Below, piece after piece: positions 57,667 through 64,000 of a stretch of DNA of 64,000 nt. Source of the DNA: a virus (Duplodnaviria > Caudoviricetes); the IMG/VR virus record IMGVR_UViG_3300025066_000007; one strand, given 5' to 3'. The notes under the pieces are model-generated. The model did not search any database, was not told where the DNA came from, and worked only from the letters and a program-made list of their open reading frames with translations. Numbering within the stretch: position 1 is the stretch's first letter; every line of letters starts with the position of its first letter. A program made the position numbers and the translations under genes.

Positions 57667-58015
57667 AACCGAAAGCTTGTCGGTAATGACAAGGCCTAAT
57701 TAAAATATCTATAAATAAATTTAGAAACTCGACTCTTTTTTTCCCACTCATACCGAAAGGAACTTCAATGCTCGTTCCTCTATTTCCGCTGAGAATAAAG
57801 CACTCATGATTTTCAAAATAAAACTTCCAAATCCAATGCCTATATTCGCTGGTAAACGTACAGTCATGCTTGCCCAATGCAATCCTGAGCTTATCTTTGT
57901 TGTTCTGAAACAGCAAAGTATAGTCCGAGAAAGTCAAAGCACTGTTCCAAACCCGAACTTGCGAATTATTTTCAATGCGTTCTATCTTGGAAGCCGCCTC
58001 TGTATAGACGCTCAC
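57617..58015 (-). CDS. Hypothetical protein
   Basis: 132 aa ORF. Confidence 0.5.
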   Translation of the reverse strand: MSVYTEAASKIERIENNSQVRVWNSALTFSDYTLLFQNNKDKLRIALGKHDCTFTSEYRHWIWKFYFENHECFILSGNRGTSIEVPFGMSGKKRVEFLNLFIDILIRPCHYRQAFGYEEASRKSRGFAFCSK

Positions 58016-58016
58016 C

Positions 58017-58454
58017 TTAAGCCCTCTTGCTCAAGAGAGTCTGAGTCGCCTCTACTGAGCAACTCTTATGCCGAAAAGAACGCATAACCCTCTTCTCTTC
58101 CACATAAACATCGTGATAGAAGTACTCTCCATCATCAGTCGCCGGCAACACTTCAACTCGAAAACAAGGCTGTCCATCGGGGAAAAACTTATTCAAAAAT
58201 TCAGAAGAGTTCCCTTCGCCGCTCAATAAAATTGAGGCAAGATAGCCCTCTGGAGTCATCACTTTAAACGAAACAGATGAAATAGAGATTGGAGATTCGC
58301 TCTCCAGACTAAGATGCTCCGTGCAGGATTCTCCCCACCCTAAGTCTAGATTATCTTGGTCATATTGGGCAAGCTCTTCCGTGGAAGACCAATCAATATA
58401 AACTGAACCGTCGCCACCATTATGAAGGGAGCCATATAAGTCTAATGTAAACAT
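58017..58454 (-). CDS. Hypothetical protein
   Basis: 145 aa ORF directly downstream of the tRNAs. Confidence 0.6.
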   Translation of the reverse strand: MFTLDLYGSLHNGGDGSVYIDWSSTEELAQYDQDNLDLGWGESCTEHLSLESESPISISSVSFKVMTPEGYLASILLSGEGNSSEFLNKFFPDGQPCFRVEVLPATDDGEYFYHDVYVEEKRVMRSFRHKSCSVEATQTLLSKRA

Positions 58455-58487
58455 TTCTTTCTTTCTTTCTTGTTAAATTCAAAAAGA

Positions 58488-58801
58488 TGGTACGAGTGGT
58501 GGGACTCGAACCCACACGTCCTAAGGACAATTGATTTTGCATACCACTATAGCTTTCACTACCACCGAAGTGTTTGTAGTCTGGACTTTCTCTTCACCAT
58601 ATTGCTAATGCAATTTAGGTGGCAGCCGTCAAGTCTCTACACGTTCAGTCTAATTACTTAGAAAGCTTCGCTCGGGATTGCCATTTTAAAGGGTTCCCCG
58701 AATTTGACTGCTTACATCCATACCGTTTCCAGTATGACGACCCATTTTTCTAGAAAACTAGAAGCCAAGTCAATCGCGTCTACCAATTCCGCCACGCTCG
58801 C
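58488..58801 (-). tRNA. tRNA-Leu(CAA), type II, split by a group I intron (exons 58768-58801 and 58488-58539)
   Basis: Spliced 86 nt: GCGAGCG TG GCGGAATTGGTAGACGC G ATTGA CT|CAA AA TCAAT, V-arm GTCC-TTA-GGAC, GTGGG TTCGAGT CCCAC, A73, CCA. Confidence 0.88.
58540..58767 (-). ncRNA. Group I intron (228 nt, IC3/tRNA-intron-like, no ORF)
   Basis: P AAUUCGGGGAA, Q AAUCCCGAGC, R GUAGAGACUUGA, S AAGAGAAAGUCC; P3 GCAGUC/GGCUGC; P2 GAAA loop; P8; P9 UUCG and GAAA loops; terminal G. Confidence 0.9.
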
Positions 58802-58867
58802 ATATCGTTTGATAATATTTGATTCCATTGCGAGAAGATCTTGTCTTCTCTTCCCAATAACAGATAA

Positions 58868-58955
58868 TGGCGGGCCCGGTAAGATTCGAACTTACGATGC
58901 GGTATAACCAAATAGGTTAACAGCCTATTGCCTTCGACCACTCGGCCACAGACCC
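58868..58955 (-). tRNA. tRNA-Asn(GUU) with a long variable arm
   Basis: 88 nt; ATAGG CT GTT AA CCTAT; V-arm TGGT-TAT-ACCG; GTAAG TTCGAAT CTTAC; G73; CCA. Confidence 0.88.
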
Positions 58956-58992
58956 GAAACTTTATATCCATTATTAGCAGAAAGAGCTTCTT

Positions 58993-59265
58993 CTACAGAT
59001 CTTCTTTCATCCTTAAGAAGCGATCAATCCTTCTCCACGCCTCTCTCCCACTGCTGCCTTTCAGCACAAAGCTCTTTCGCTTTAACTTTCGGAACTTCCT
59101 CTTTGCCTTTCGAGCCTCTTTCTCAGAGTATCCGGTGAAGGGATCTCTGCCCTCCTTTTCTTCGGAGATCCATAGCTCAATTGGAATAACTCCAAAGTTA
59201 GTCTCTAAGATAAAATTCTCAATAGACTCTCTATCTAAACCTTCGGACGCCATCATCTGCTCCAT
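58993..59265 (-). CDS. Hypothetical protein, basic C-terminus
   Basis: 90 aa ORF. Confidence 0.55.
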   Translation of the reverse strand: MEQMMASEGLDRESIENFILETNFGVIPIELWISEEKEGRDPFTGYSEKEARKAKRKFRKLKRKSFVLKGSSGREAWRRIDRFLRMKEDL

Positions 59266-59568
59266 TTAAGGTAAAAATTTAAATGATTACTAAGAACCAA
59301 CCAGCAATGGTCTTTTCATCTGCTTATAATATGCTCCGGAGCATCAACACGACAAGACGCACAACGACTGGAGAGCTATATATGTAGTAAATCAAATCTG
59401 ATGTGGGTAATAAGTACCAGATTTCTTTTGATTTATCACTCCGTGTTTCTCAAATAATGAATCAAGGACTTATTGCTCAGTCCGCACATCGATAATAGCC
59501 TTGCTTTAAATGGCGTCAACCTTTTTGTTGACGTCTATTCAAAAATCCTCACGGGCTCGGCTCACCCA

Positions 59569-59603
59569 GATATAGTGCAGGGCAAACCCATATTACGTTT
59601 TTT
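59569..59603 (-). promoter_or_regulatory. Conserved promoter-like motif, copy 5
   Basis: AAAAAA CGTAATAT N8 CCTGCACTATATC. Confidence 0.65.
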
Positions 59604-59621
59604 AGAAGGAGGAGGGAAAGC

Positions 59622-59780
59622 CTACTCTTGAGGCTTCTCACCGAGCATTGAGGGATCTTTCTCGGCACCATTAGACGCCTCTTTAAAAAGAGCCTTTAGT
59701 TCTTCTGCCTCTTTGCTCAAGTCATGCTTATTAAGCCAAGACAATATCTCTTTTAATTTTTCGTCTATGCTTGTAGCCAT
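59622..59780 (-). CDS. Small protein (52 aa, not in track) with LKEILSWLNKH helix
   Basis: GGAGG RBS; MATSIDEKLKEILSWLNKHDLSKEAEELKALF... Confidence 0.6.
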   Translation of the reverse strand: MATSIDEKLKEILSWLNKHDLSKEAEELKALFKEASNGAEKDPSMLGEKPQE

Positions 59781-59885
59781 CTGATCCTCCACTTACCCAT
59801 TGCCCTTAAAGTAATAAGGAATTCTTTTGTGCATATTTTAATGAGGAAAGAATGCAAAAGAATAATAATATTGCAAGCTTATCTT

Positions 59886-60086
59886 TTAGCGCTGTGACCG
59901 TCGAAAGTTGTCAGCAAAGCGCTTCTTTCTAAGGTGCTCTTCTTCCAGAAGAAGAGTCCAGCGATAAAATAAATAAGACGGAAGAGTAATTATAGACGAT
60001 ATAATCAGACAATATATTAAAATTGCCATCATAAATTTATATGCAAAACGATTCAGTCTTTGCGTAAAGATCATCATTTTTACCAA
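59886..60086 (-). CDS. Small membrane protein
   Basis: 66 aa with one hydrophobic helix. Confidence 0.5.
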   Translation of the reverse strand: MVKMMIFTQRLNRFAYKFMMAILIYCLIISSIITLPSYLFYRWTLLLEEEHLRKKRFADNFRRSQR

Positions 60087-60092
60087 CTCTCC

Positions 60093-60338
60093 TCAGTTCT
60101 TGGCCCTTGCCTTGCTCGGATAATAGCCAGAGTTTCTTGCGTCCTCTTCGCTCTTAAAGCACCACTCTGCGCTGGTTAGGAAGTAATATTTTGAATCTGG
60201 CATATGATATATAAAAGAACTTGCGTTCCCCTTGATCGGAAAATTACTTGGGCACCCCCCCCTTGCGTCCGGCAGATGTGCGCAACTAGACAGAAATAAG
60301 CCCAATATTGCTAATGAGGCTAAAATATTATCCTTCAT
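60093..60338 (-). CDS. Putative lipoprotein with PIKGN...IYH...CF.SE domain
   Basis: Lipobox LSSC; CPSNFPIKGNASSFIYHMP...EWCFKSEEDA..GY. Confidence 0.7.
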   Translation of the reverse strand: MKDNILASLAILGLFLSSCAHLPDARGGCPSNFPIKGNASSFIYHMPDSKYYFLTSAEWCFKSEEDARNSGYYPSKARAKN

Positions 60339-60531
60339 CTTGATTTTCCTCTTCTTTCTTTATATATTCTTTAACTGTCCTTACGAGCAAGGGGACTTCG
60401 TTCGCAAGCTCCAAGAGAGTTGTCATAAGATTTCTTTCGTGCTTTTCGCTAAAGCTTCGTAGATTAGAAAGAAAATCTCTTTGGCACATTAGTCTTTCAA
60501 TCCTACCCAGATCTTCCTCTGTCATAACCAC
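60328..60531 (-). CDS. Hypothetical protein
   Basis: 67 aa ORF. Confidence 0.5.
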   Translation of the reverse strand: MVMTEEDLGRIERLMCQRDFLSNLRSFSEKHERNLMTTLLELANEVPLLVRTVKEYIKKEEENQDEG

Positions 60532-60534
60532 CCC

Positions 60535-60690
60535 TTAATAGCAAGAGCCGATAAGGCAGTCGGCAGAACTCAGTCCCGCTTCTATGCACTCAGCATGGCC
60601 CCAGGCGACAAGCATAATCAAGCCGATAATCGCAACAAATATGATCCCCAAGCTCAATGACGAATTACTATTTCGACCATAAAGGCTCAT
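60535..60690 (-). CDS. Small membrane protein (51 aa, not in track)
   Basis: MSLYGRN...LGIIFVAIIGLIMLVAW... Confidence 0.45.
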   Translation of the reverse strand: MSLYGRNSNSSLSLGIIFVAIIGLIMLVAWGHAECIEAGLSSADCLIGSCY

Positions 60691-60692
60691 GA

Positions 60693-60926
60693 CTAAGCCT
60701 CGCCCACTTCGCCTGAGCCCATAAGATCTCTCATAAAGGCTCCGAAAGCTTCTGAAAAATTCTCAGACTTCTTCATTTCATCAAGCATATCCCAAGCCTC
60801 TTGCTCACTGGAGATAAGCTTCTCAACTTCTTCTACAATCAGAACGTGCTCTTCCGTTACGAGCTTATGCTTCGCTAACAAGTCAAGCATTTCATCAAGA
60901 GACTTTATCAACTTTTCTTTACTCAT
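60693..60926 (-). CDS. Hypothetical protein
   Basis: GGAGG RBS, ATG at 60926. Confidence 0.55.
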   Translation of the reverse strand: MSKEKLIKSLDEMLDLLAKHKLVTEEHVLIVEEVEKLISSEQEAWDMLDEMKKSENFSEAFGAFMRDLMGSGEVGEA

Positions 60927-60957
60927 ATTTCCTCCGCTCTTTGCTCTTGGGCTATCT

Positions 60958-61191
60958 TTAGGTAAATTCATATGATGAATGAGTCCAGCTCGATATAGCC
61001 GAGCTTATTTGGGCGTCTGTATCGAGGGACAACACTAATCGATCATATTCTCCGACCTCAAAAGATCCGTCGGAGATCGACCTCTTATAAGAACGTCGTG
61101 CTGTGTCAATCTCAATCACACAACCAATTGGAACTCCGTCCTTTAGAACTAAAAGACGCTCAGAGCCTGGCGTTTCAATGCTTATAATCAC
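60958..61191 (-). CDS. Hypothetical protein
   Basis: 77 aa ORF. Confidence 0.5.
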   Translation of the reverse strand: MIISIETPGSERLLVLKDGVPIGCVIEIDTARRSYKRSISDGSFEVGEYDRLVLSLDTDAQISSAISSWTHSSYEFT

Positions 61192-61258
61192 TTCACATTC
61201 TCCTCTTATAAAAAGACAGACTTAGCCTAAAGGAAGTCTCCTCCTAATGATAGGCTGT

Positions 61259-61486
61259 CTATCGCCCCTGTCTTACGGAAGACTCCCTAATTGCTGTCAC
61301 GTCTTCCTTTAGGGCGATAAATCTTCCATAAGCACCATATGGCGTTGTGTAATCAACGTCATATACTCCAGACTGCGTTTTTGTCATTATTAGCAGTGTT
61401 CCCTCCGGAACACCAAAGCCACGCATCGTCTTATATGGCTTTAGAAGGATCCTTCTGTCCTCATCTTTATTTGCATAAGGCTTCAT
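61259..61486 (-). CDS. Hypothetical protein
   Basis: 75 aa ORF with GAGGAGG RBS. Confidence 0.55.
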   Translation of the reverse strand: MKPYANKDEDRRILLKPYKTMRGFGVPEGTLLIMTKTQSGVYDVDYTTPYGAYGRFIALKEDVTAIRESSVRQGR

Positions 61487-61657
61487 GCCAACCTCCTCTT
61501 CATCAGTCAGTGCGACTAGTTAATCACTACTTGGCTCTAATTTTCTAGATCTATCTGCAACGCCGGGTCAAGTGTAACCCAAACATAAATTACGAATAAC
61601 GCGATAATCAATGCAACTTCTTTTCCCTCATTCTTTGCAAACCTTTTTGCCAAACGC

Positions 61658-61906
61658 TCAAGCATCCTTTATAACTCCCTCGAAGTGGCTATCGATAATA
61701 TCATAGACTTTAGAAGAATGAATATCTCCGAGCATCGGCAGGAGAATAAAGTTTGACTCTGCTGTGTTGCAAGTTAAATCATATATTTCGACATCATTTC
61801 CACCATACCACACGCAAAGAAAACGCTCTGCGATTACCCTTACAAGCTCTGCCCCATCGACAATCGAGACTATCTCTGCTGTAGAGAAGCCGTGATCAGA
61901 TGGCAT
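61658..61906 (-). CDS. Hypothetical protein
   Basis: 82 aa ORF. Confidence 0.5.
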   Translation of the reverse strand: MPSDHGFSTAEIVSIVDGAELVRVIAERFLCVWYGGNDVEIYDLTCNTAESNFILLPMLGDIHSSKVYDIIDSHFEGVIKDA

Positions 61907-62111
61907 TCTTTGTATCCTGGCTTTTCCTTATATAAGACATTCCATGTGCAGACCTAGAATGACCCTGGCACATATGAACCCACCAGTGGTCGCCCTCCCA
62001 ATGCCACTCATCTACAAGCCTCACTTCTCCCCAGCAAGGATCTTTTGAGTCCAGCATATCACAGTCTTCTCCACAACAATCGGACTTCTTATAGCATTCT
62101 AGCAAAGACAT
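61896..62111 (-). CDS. Small Cys-rich protein
   Basis: CCGEDC...PCWGEV...CQGH. Confidence 0.5.
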   Translation of the reverse strand: MSLLECYKKSDCCGEDCDMLDSKDPCWGEVRLVDEWHWEGDHWWVHMCQGHSRSAHGMSYIRKSQDTKNAI

Positions 62112-62129
62112 TCCTAGACCTTCCCAACC

Positions 62130-62249
62130 TTATCTGTCTAATATATTCTTTATCCGGCCTAGGCCGAATCCAATAAGAGCACCGCCCATTGTGCCAAGCA
62201 ATATTCCTATGAATAGAACCCATATTGGAATAGTTAATAATTCGCTCAT
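62130..62249 (-). CDS. Small membrane protein (39 aa, not in track)
   Basis: MSELLTIPIWVLFIGILLGTMGGALIGFGLG... Confidence 0.4.
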   Translation of the reverse strand: MSELLTIPIWVLFIGILLGTMGGALIGFGLGRIKNILDR

Positions 62250-62320
62250 TCCATTATCTTACCAAAAACTATCCCTGGAGACAACCATCCTATAGGTTCG
62301 TGGTTTTCACAGAAAACCCT

Positions 62321-62752
62321 CTACTCAAGCTCCGCTTCATATGCTGCCCATAGAGCAGCGCGCCTATCTTCTACCGTAAGAAAACAGGGAGGGCATAAGC
62401 GACTTATATAGCGATTAGTCGTATCGATATCTTCTGTAGAACCGCAATTTTCACAAGTATTCCAGGCAGCCTCTTCTGCGTCAGCAACTAGCTTTCTCGT
62501 AATTTCATTGCTATTGTTCAGATAAAATCTAAGGCCGCCAAACTTTTCCTTTACCTGTGCTGCGACTGGTTGAGGAATAAGCCGAGAATCTGCCCTCTCC
62601 TGCAATGAGGCACAGAGATTCCAGATTAAATCATACCATCCATCGCCACAAGTAATGCCCCAACACATACAGGTCTTCTGTGGAGGGAGGTCTTTTTCTG
62701 CGAAAATCAAAGGGAAAGCCTCAAAGAGCTTATCTTGTAGTTCTTGCTTCAC
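62321..62752 (-). CDS. Phage protein of the QxKEKFGGLRFY family
   Basis: CGDGWYDL...QVKEKFGGLRFY...CENCG...LC. Confidence 0.7.
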   Translation of the reverse strand: MKQELQDKLFEAFPLIFAEKDLPPQKTCMCWGITCGDGWYDLIWNLCASLQERADSRLIPQPVAAQVKEKFGGLRFYLNNSNEITRKLVADAEEAAWNTCENCGSTEDIDTTNRYISRLCPPCFLTVEDRRAALWAAYEAELE

Positions 62753-63126
62753 GATCCTCTCCTCTCCAATTTATAAACTACTCGCTTAACTTCTGCTTTA
62801 AGATCAAAGACGATTCCCGCTGAGTCAATTAAGAGGATTTCATAGGCGTCAGAGCCCTTCTCCTCTGACATTTGAGAGGCAAGATGTTCAAAACTAGACT
62901 CACGAACAGAGTGTATCGTCCAACTTTTTGAGCCACCCTCCCAGTAAGAAACGCAGATAAAAACGCTTGGATCTATTTTCCCAGCACAATAACGAACAAG
63001 CAAACCTTGCTCTCCTTCGTCCAGTTGGCTGAGATCAACAAACGGAAGTCTGCCCAGGGAGATAATGGCCCTAGGAAGGAATGCCTCATAAATCTTGAGA
63101 ATTTTCTTTAAACTTTTTACAGACAT
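62749..63126 (-). CDS. Hypothetical protein
   Basis: 125 aa ORF. Confidence 0.55.
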   Translation of the reverse strand: MSVKSLKKILKIYEAFLPRAIISLGRLPFVDLSQLDEGEQGLLVRYCAGKIDPSVFICVSYWEGGSKSWTIHSVRESSFEHLASQMSEEKGSDAYEILLIDSAGIVFDLKAEVKRVVYKLERRGS

Positions 63127-63134
63127 AAATCCTT

Positions 63135-63860
63135 CTATCTAATCAAATATTGATTGACATATTTAGTATCTTTGCTGAAGATAGGAGTCTCCGGATCCTC
63201 TTCCCAGCGAGTCCTCTGCGCTCCATTCTTTTCATACGAAGTCTTTACGATTGCAGAGCCACGCTTCTTCCAAGTGGCAATGTCATTCCAATTGACAGGA
63301 GGGTTTAGGCTCATCAACATATCCTGCTTATCTGACCCATTCATTCCATGCAACTCTTTATGCGAGAAATATGCCTGAGCTAAGCCTGTAATGCTATTTT
63401 TCTCTGCATCACGCTGGCGCCAAAGAAACACATTGTTAACTTCATCTGAAGTAATGTTCCAGAAACGAGCATCAAAATATGCCGGGGGCGAACTTATCAC
63501 TCCAAAATTTCTTCGCCATGCAGCAGCAAAAGCAACGGAAGCAATCGAAGCGGAAACACTACACATCTTCTGAACTCTATAGCCAAACCATGCATCTGTA
63601 TTATAAGTCTTCCAGTCAGTTAGCAGAAGAGTTATTTCGTCTGATTGAGTATAGCCAATTTGACAGCCCTGAATTTGTCCGCAGAGAGCAACTGTTGCTG
63701 CAACCATACACTTGTGAAAATTTTCATCAAAAGGCCTATCAAGATTGCGAGTAAGTGTATGAAAGGCTTTGCCGTCAAGTCTCGCTATGACTGGAAGTTT
63801 TCGCTGCAACATAAAGTTACTGCGACTCTCATAATCTTTCATTCTATCGCCAATATTCAT
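63135..63860 (-). CDS. tRNA-His guanylyltransferase / Thg1-like 3'-5' polymerase
   Basis: RLDGKAFH, YTQSDEITL, RVQKMCSVSAS, FDAR, WRQRDA, WNDIATWKKRG. Confidence 0.92.
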   Translation of the reverse strand: MNIGDRMKDYESRSNFMLQRKLPVIARLDGKAFHTLTRNLDRPFDENFHKCMVAATVALCGQIQGCQIGYTQSDEITLLLTDWKTYNTDAWFGYRVQKMCSVSASIASVAFAAAWRRNFGVISSPPAYFDARFWNITSDEVNNVFLWRQRDAEKNSITGLAQAYFSHKELHGMNGSDKQDMLMSLNPPVNWNDIATWKKRGSAIVKTSYEKNGAQRTRWEEDPETPIFSKDTKYVNQYLIR

Positions 63861-64000
63861 TGAGAATCCTCCCTCTCTTTAAGCTCTTGCAGCCCCTCAT
63901 CTGTTGCAATTCCCCATGAAAAACAGAATCCAAATCATGCAACACAAACAGCAAAGTCTGAGCATCCAGTTGGAATCTCAGTTAGCGTCGGCCACGGACG

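Noticed and set aside
58488-58801. Reading the split tRNA as Leu(UAA) with the cyanobacterial 34/35 insertion
   Set aside because: That would require the intron to end in C. Group I introns end in G, which gives a 3' exon starting CAA.
2409-63863. The many + strand and alternate-frame ORFs in the track (e.g. 3530..3952, 36639..37217, 42267..42803)
   Set aside because: They lie antisense to or inside well-supported minus-strand genes and have no recognisable motifs, so they are shadow ORFs.
1-64000. Genome-wide stop-codon reassignment (code 15 or code 4)
   Set aside because: TAG ends well-supported genes (e.g. 9417, 47715) and TGA forms many ATGA overlaps. Long conserved genes have no in-frame stops, and no suppressor tRNA is seen here.
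63870-64000. Possible TGA=Trp readthrough in the partial ORF at the window end (FAVCVA*FGFCFSWG)
   Set aside because: A single TGA in a truncated ORF is fully compatible with a normal stop.
1-64000. CRISPR arrays, IS elements, integrases, rRNA
   Set aside because: I saw no regularly spaced direct repeats, transposase or integrase motifs, or rRNA-like sequence.
1-64000. Cellular (bacterial) origin of the window
   Set aside because: Housekeeping genes are orphaned from their operons (groL without groS, purA, thyX, truncated tilS) among many small phage-type ORFs, fibres and uniform strand bias. No capsid or terminase gene lies in this window, so the phage call rests on context.

Overview
This 64 kb window looks like part of a very large (jumbo/huge) bacteriophage genome, not a cellular chromosome. 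It is densely coding, about 42% GC, and uses the standard code 11 (TAA, TAG and TGA all terminate well-supported genes). Every credible gene but one is on the minus strand. Many short hypothetical ORFs are interspersed with host-like genes lifted out of their normal operons. These cover replication/repair (SbcD, CHC2 primase Zn finger, FtsK ATPase, HU, 5'-3' exonuclease, ATP-dependent ligase), two paralogous tail-fibre-like proteins, nucleotide/nitrogen metabolism (PurA, IMPDH/GMP reductase, ThyX, type II glutamine synthetase), proteostasis (GroEL, Hsp20, ClpP, M16 peptidase, MoxR-VWA pair), an RpoH-like sigma factor, and a translation/tRNA toolkit (release factor, TilS, Thg1, SpoU, KhpA, nucleotidyltransferases, three tRNAs). 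The most striking signals are translational recoding elements that the ORF track misses. (1) purA is split inside its WG|DExKGK motif by a 32-nt insert with the architecture of the T4 gene 60 ribosomal bypass: take-off GGU, UGA stop, C(UUCG)G hairpin, matched landing GGU. (2) The release-factor gene needs a +1 frameshift at UAU CUU UAG C, a UAG version of the prfB CUU UGA C site, although its decoding tripeptide is RF2-like. (3) A second CUU UAG +1 candidate lies at about 4.16 kb. Also present are a group I intron in tRNA-Leu(CAA), a long-variable-arm tRNA-Asn(GUU), and a five-copy, fixed-spacing promoter-like motif. Family names come from motif recognition by eye; no searches were run.
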